Assembly: GCA_951406725.2 (NCBI GenBank)
Contig: OX597824.1
Span: forward strand, 31,930,001-31,994,000
DNA length: 64,000 nt
Source: Octopus vulgaris
Taxonomy: Eukaryota
Reading direction: 5' to 3'
In this document: in pieces, positions 60,490 through 64,000 of the stretch
Numbering within the stretch: the stretch's first letter is position 1
Layout: each line of letters opens with the position of its first letter
Position numbers and translations under genes: made by a program
Notes under the pieces: model-generated
What the model saw: only the letters and a program-made list of their open reading frames with translations
Database searches by the model: none
What the model was told of the DNA's origin: nothing

Positions 60490-60660
60490 GGGAATAAATC
60501 CAAATTTACAGGGAAAAATCAGATTTAGGACTGAATCCAATTTTATAGTAAAATATTATATAATATTAATTAGAGACAAAACCACTATTATGCAAATCAA
60601 ACAATTTATTGGATTAAGTCTTTCTTTGTTTGATTTGCATAATAGTGGTTTTGTCTCTAA

Positions 60661-60718
<58 letters not shown>

Positions 60719-60792
60719 TATATACAATAAGAGGCTTCCAAATAGGAAAGTGTTGTGCTAGAGAGAGTCATGACCGAAGGAGGTCTCAACAA

Positions 60793-60861
<69 letters not shown>

Positions 60862-61102
60862 TATATGAAAGAAGGTTAGAAAATGCAATTTTAAAAGATG
60901 TTTATTTACTTTACCGGTTTCACTCTTTGGAAAAAGATTGTCAAAAGTAACTGGTAGAAGTTTGGTTGCGTTAATTATTGGTTGTTACAAAATGCTCTTT
61001 TTTTTCCAAAGTGTGAAACTGGTAAAGTAAATAAACATCTTTTAAAATTGCATTTTCAAACCTTCTTTCGTATATAATTCCACTCGTGCGGTACCACTTT
61101 GT

Positions 61103-61165
<63 letters not shown>

Positions 61166-61171
61166 TTGTTG

Positions 61172-61520
61172 AGACCTCCTTCGGTCATGACTGACCATGG
61201 AATTGCAGCTAGAAAGTTACCCTCCCAAGCACAAGTCTGAGGCACAAGTCTGGACAATGTTGTTTATGGAAGACCATCAGTTGCCCATGCATACTGGCCT
61301 TCCCTCTCCACGCCACCAGTGTTATCCAAGGCAAAGGCAAAGGGGCCGATACAGCTTGGCACCTGTGACGTCGCAACTCATTTCTATAGCTGAGTGAACT
61401 GGAGCAATGTGAAATAAAGTGTCTTGCTCAAGAACACAACACGCAGCCCAGTCCGGGATTCGAACTCACAACCTCACGATCGTAAACTCGACGCTCTAAC
61501 CACTGAGCCATGCGTCTTCA
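61172..61520 (-). mobile_element. tRNA-derived SINE (family C)
   Basis: Matches 10818-11150; head tgaagacgcatggctcagtggttagagcg...gagttcgaatccc. Confidence 0.85.
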
Positions 61521-62142
61521 CATATATATATATTATATACATATATATATATGTAATATATATATATATTCCCTGTATCTCTCTCTCTCACTCTTCCTCC
61601 TTGACTCTCTCTTTGTTCACACATGACCAACAGCTATCCATTTTTCTTTCTTCCACTTCCTTCCTAAAAACGATGTGCTTTTACCTGTTTCTTCTCAAAG
61701 CTCGTTTTTCCAGCATTCACCACTTCACACTGTCTTGACTTAACAGCCCTCACCGTTTGTTTTTACTACTTTGTTCTCACTGTCCTGTTTTTGTTACCAC
61801 TTTCACCCTCCGCAAAAAATCCCAAATTTTATTTAATTGTTTTGCAAGAAGGACATTTTTAACGAAGCTGCGTCATGTCCCTACCTTTGAAACGCGGAGT
61901 AGATAAATCAATGGACAACTGATGAAGGGAATGTTATGATGATTGTCCCGTTTCAATACTTATTTGTTTCGTTGTTCAAAAAAATGTTCATTTTCTATGT
62001 TTTTTTATGTTCTCTTTCTCTTTTTGTTCGTGTTTCTTTGATGTCCTGTACCCATATATGCATGTATGTATACATATGTATGTAGGTATGTACATATATG
62101 TATGTATGCATATACTTATATAATATTTATATATATATGTAA

Positions 62143-62178
<36 letters not shown>

Positions 62179-62183
<5 letters not shown>

Positions 62184-62372
62184 TCCCGGGTTGATTCGGG
62201 GTTAACCACAGTAAGTAAGGTACTCAATACATAGCAGAGTAAAATTAATTTATTATATAGAAGGAGTTCTACAGGACTAGTACTGTTTCATTCAAGAGAA
62301 ATCTTCAGGAAGCTTCCTGAAGATTTCTCTTGAATGAAACAGTACTAGTCCTGTAGAAGCTCCTTCTATATA

Positions 62373-62378
<6 letters not shown>
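62179..62378. mobile_element. pLTR-like insert with a 130-bp palindrome carrying two opposed HHR-like cores
   Basis: 62248-62378 is self-complementary about aagctt (62310-62315). Each arm has CTGAAGA-tttctcttgaat-GAAA-cagtactag-TC. Confidence 0.7.
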
Positions 62379-62421
<43 letters not shown>

Positions 62422-62631
62422 AATAAGTCCTGAGGTCAATTTTTTTTTATTAAAGGCGGTGCTCCAGTATGGCTGCAATGAAATGACTGAAAGAAATAAT
62501 ACATATATATACACATATACACATATATATATAAATATACATATAAATATATATATACATATATATATATATAAATATATATATACACATAAATATAATA
62601 TATATACATAATATATATATATATATATATA

Positions 62632-64000
62632 TGCAATCAAGCCCTATGCATAGCACTCGTGGAAACTCACCTCAGCCCTGATATAGAGTACGCAGAAGTA
62701 CACATACCAAACTATGCCATACTGCAAACAGACAGAAGGGAAAGGAGCCATGGTGGAGTTGCTGTATACATTCGAGATGACCTCACACCCCAGGTCTTAA
62801 TGACATACTCAAATTCGGTATGTGACACTTTAATTGTATACATAAGACAACATAATATAGTCATATGCAATACATATTGCCCACCGGATGCCCCATATCA
62901 CATAGGCAAGTTTGAAGATTGCCTCACAAGAATTAAAGAAATACTCATGAATCTGGAACACCACGTGAGCATATTTCTTATGGGTAATTTCAACTTCCCC
63001 AACGTCAAATGGCCCGAAGGTCTCATACTCTCAGGAATGAATCATTGCAAGCAAGTACAGGTGGAGTCCCTGCTCAACCTCACCAACGCCTTATTCATGG
63101 AGCAAGTTGTACTCAAACCAACTAGGGTGAATAACATTCTGGATCTCTGCTTCACGAACAATATGGACATCATTCATGATGTGAAAGTGACACCGACATT
63201 AGTTTCAGATCACAACATAATAGAGCTGTCTATGTTTGGGCCAAAAGTAACCAGAGACATACAGCCTCTAGGAAGCACCCGAAATCTCTCCAATCTGAAC
63301 TTCCACAAAGCAGATTGGAAATCGATCCAAAAAGAGATCCTCAGAGAGGACTGGCCGGAATGTCTCTCCACACCAGACATTGACACAAAACTAGAATGTT
63401 TCATGTCTTCTGTGCAAGCCGTATGCCAGAAATATGTCCCAGAGCACAAGGCCGAAACAAATAGGAGCAAGATTCCAAGAGATAGGAAGATCCTCATGAG
63501 ACGACGGACGAAGGTTGCAAATCGTCTCAACCAACATCCCAAAACTAGCGAAACGTCCTGCCTAAAAACAACACTGATGGAGATCGAAAAAGGCTACAAC
63601 AATCCTATGTGAGGGAGAAAGCAGACAAAAAAGCCTGGGTTATAAAAAACATTAAATCAAACCCAAAGGCCTTCTTTCATTACGCGAAAGAAACAGTCTC
63701 AGTGCACTACAAGATAGGACCCCTCCTCCAAAAGGATGGCTCCCTCACAGACAGTCCAACTAAGATCAGTGAGATGCTGAATTACCAGTTCAAAAGTGTC
63801 TTTACCACCCCGTTGGAACACAGACAAGTGAACGAACCAGTGGACTTCTTTGCCGCCTCACCTATAACCAGCGAGGCGGTTACAATAGAATGTATTGACA
63901 TTAGCGAAGATGTCCTACTAGCCATAGATGAAGTGGACACAAACTCAACTGCTGGTCCAGTTGGTTTCCCAGCAATCCTCCTCAAAGCGAGTAAGCATGC
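62632..64000 (+). mobile_element. Near-identical copy of LINE 674-2906 (frameshifted; runs off the window)
   Basis: Same (TA)n-gcaatcaagccc start. GDFN has changed to GNFN and one A is lost near 63590. Confidence 0.95.

Overview
AT-rich, repeat-dominated eukaryotic DNA. It is most likely cephalopod (Octopus-like), inferred from the SINE/LINE repertoire and the very dense (TA)n/(CA)n arrays. Most entries in the ORF track are microsatellite or antisense artefacts. Reading splice sites by hand reveals one host gene the track misses: a minus-strand, five-coding-exon, 187-aa four-transmembrane MS4A/CD20-like protein spread over about 25 kb (46502 to 21686). The rest is mobile DNA: CR1/Jockey-group and RTE LINEs, several tRNA-derived SINE families, a decayed hAT transposon, non-autonomous Helitrons (including head-to-tail arrays and a PIF1 fragment) and multiple Penelope-like element (PLE) pieces sitting in (TA)n arrays. 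About ten hammerhead-ribozyme (HHR) motifs of several architectures occur in these pieces, including a tandem pair in sense orientation inside a host intron. Other notable structure: fold-back palindromes abutting (TA)n arrays, a 2.3-kb tandem duplication with a chimeric RTE at its junction, and a near-identical LINE/(TA)n junction repeated about 62 kb apart.
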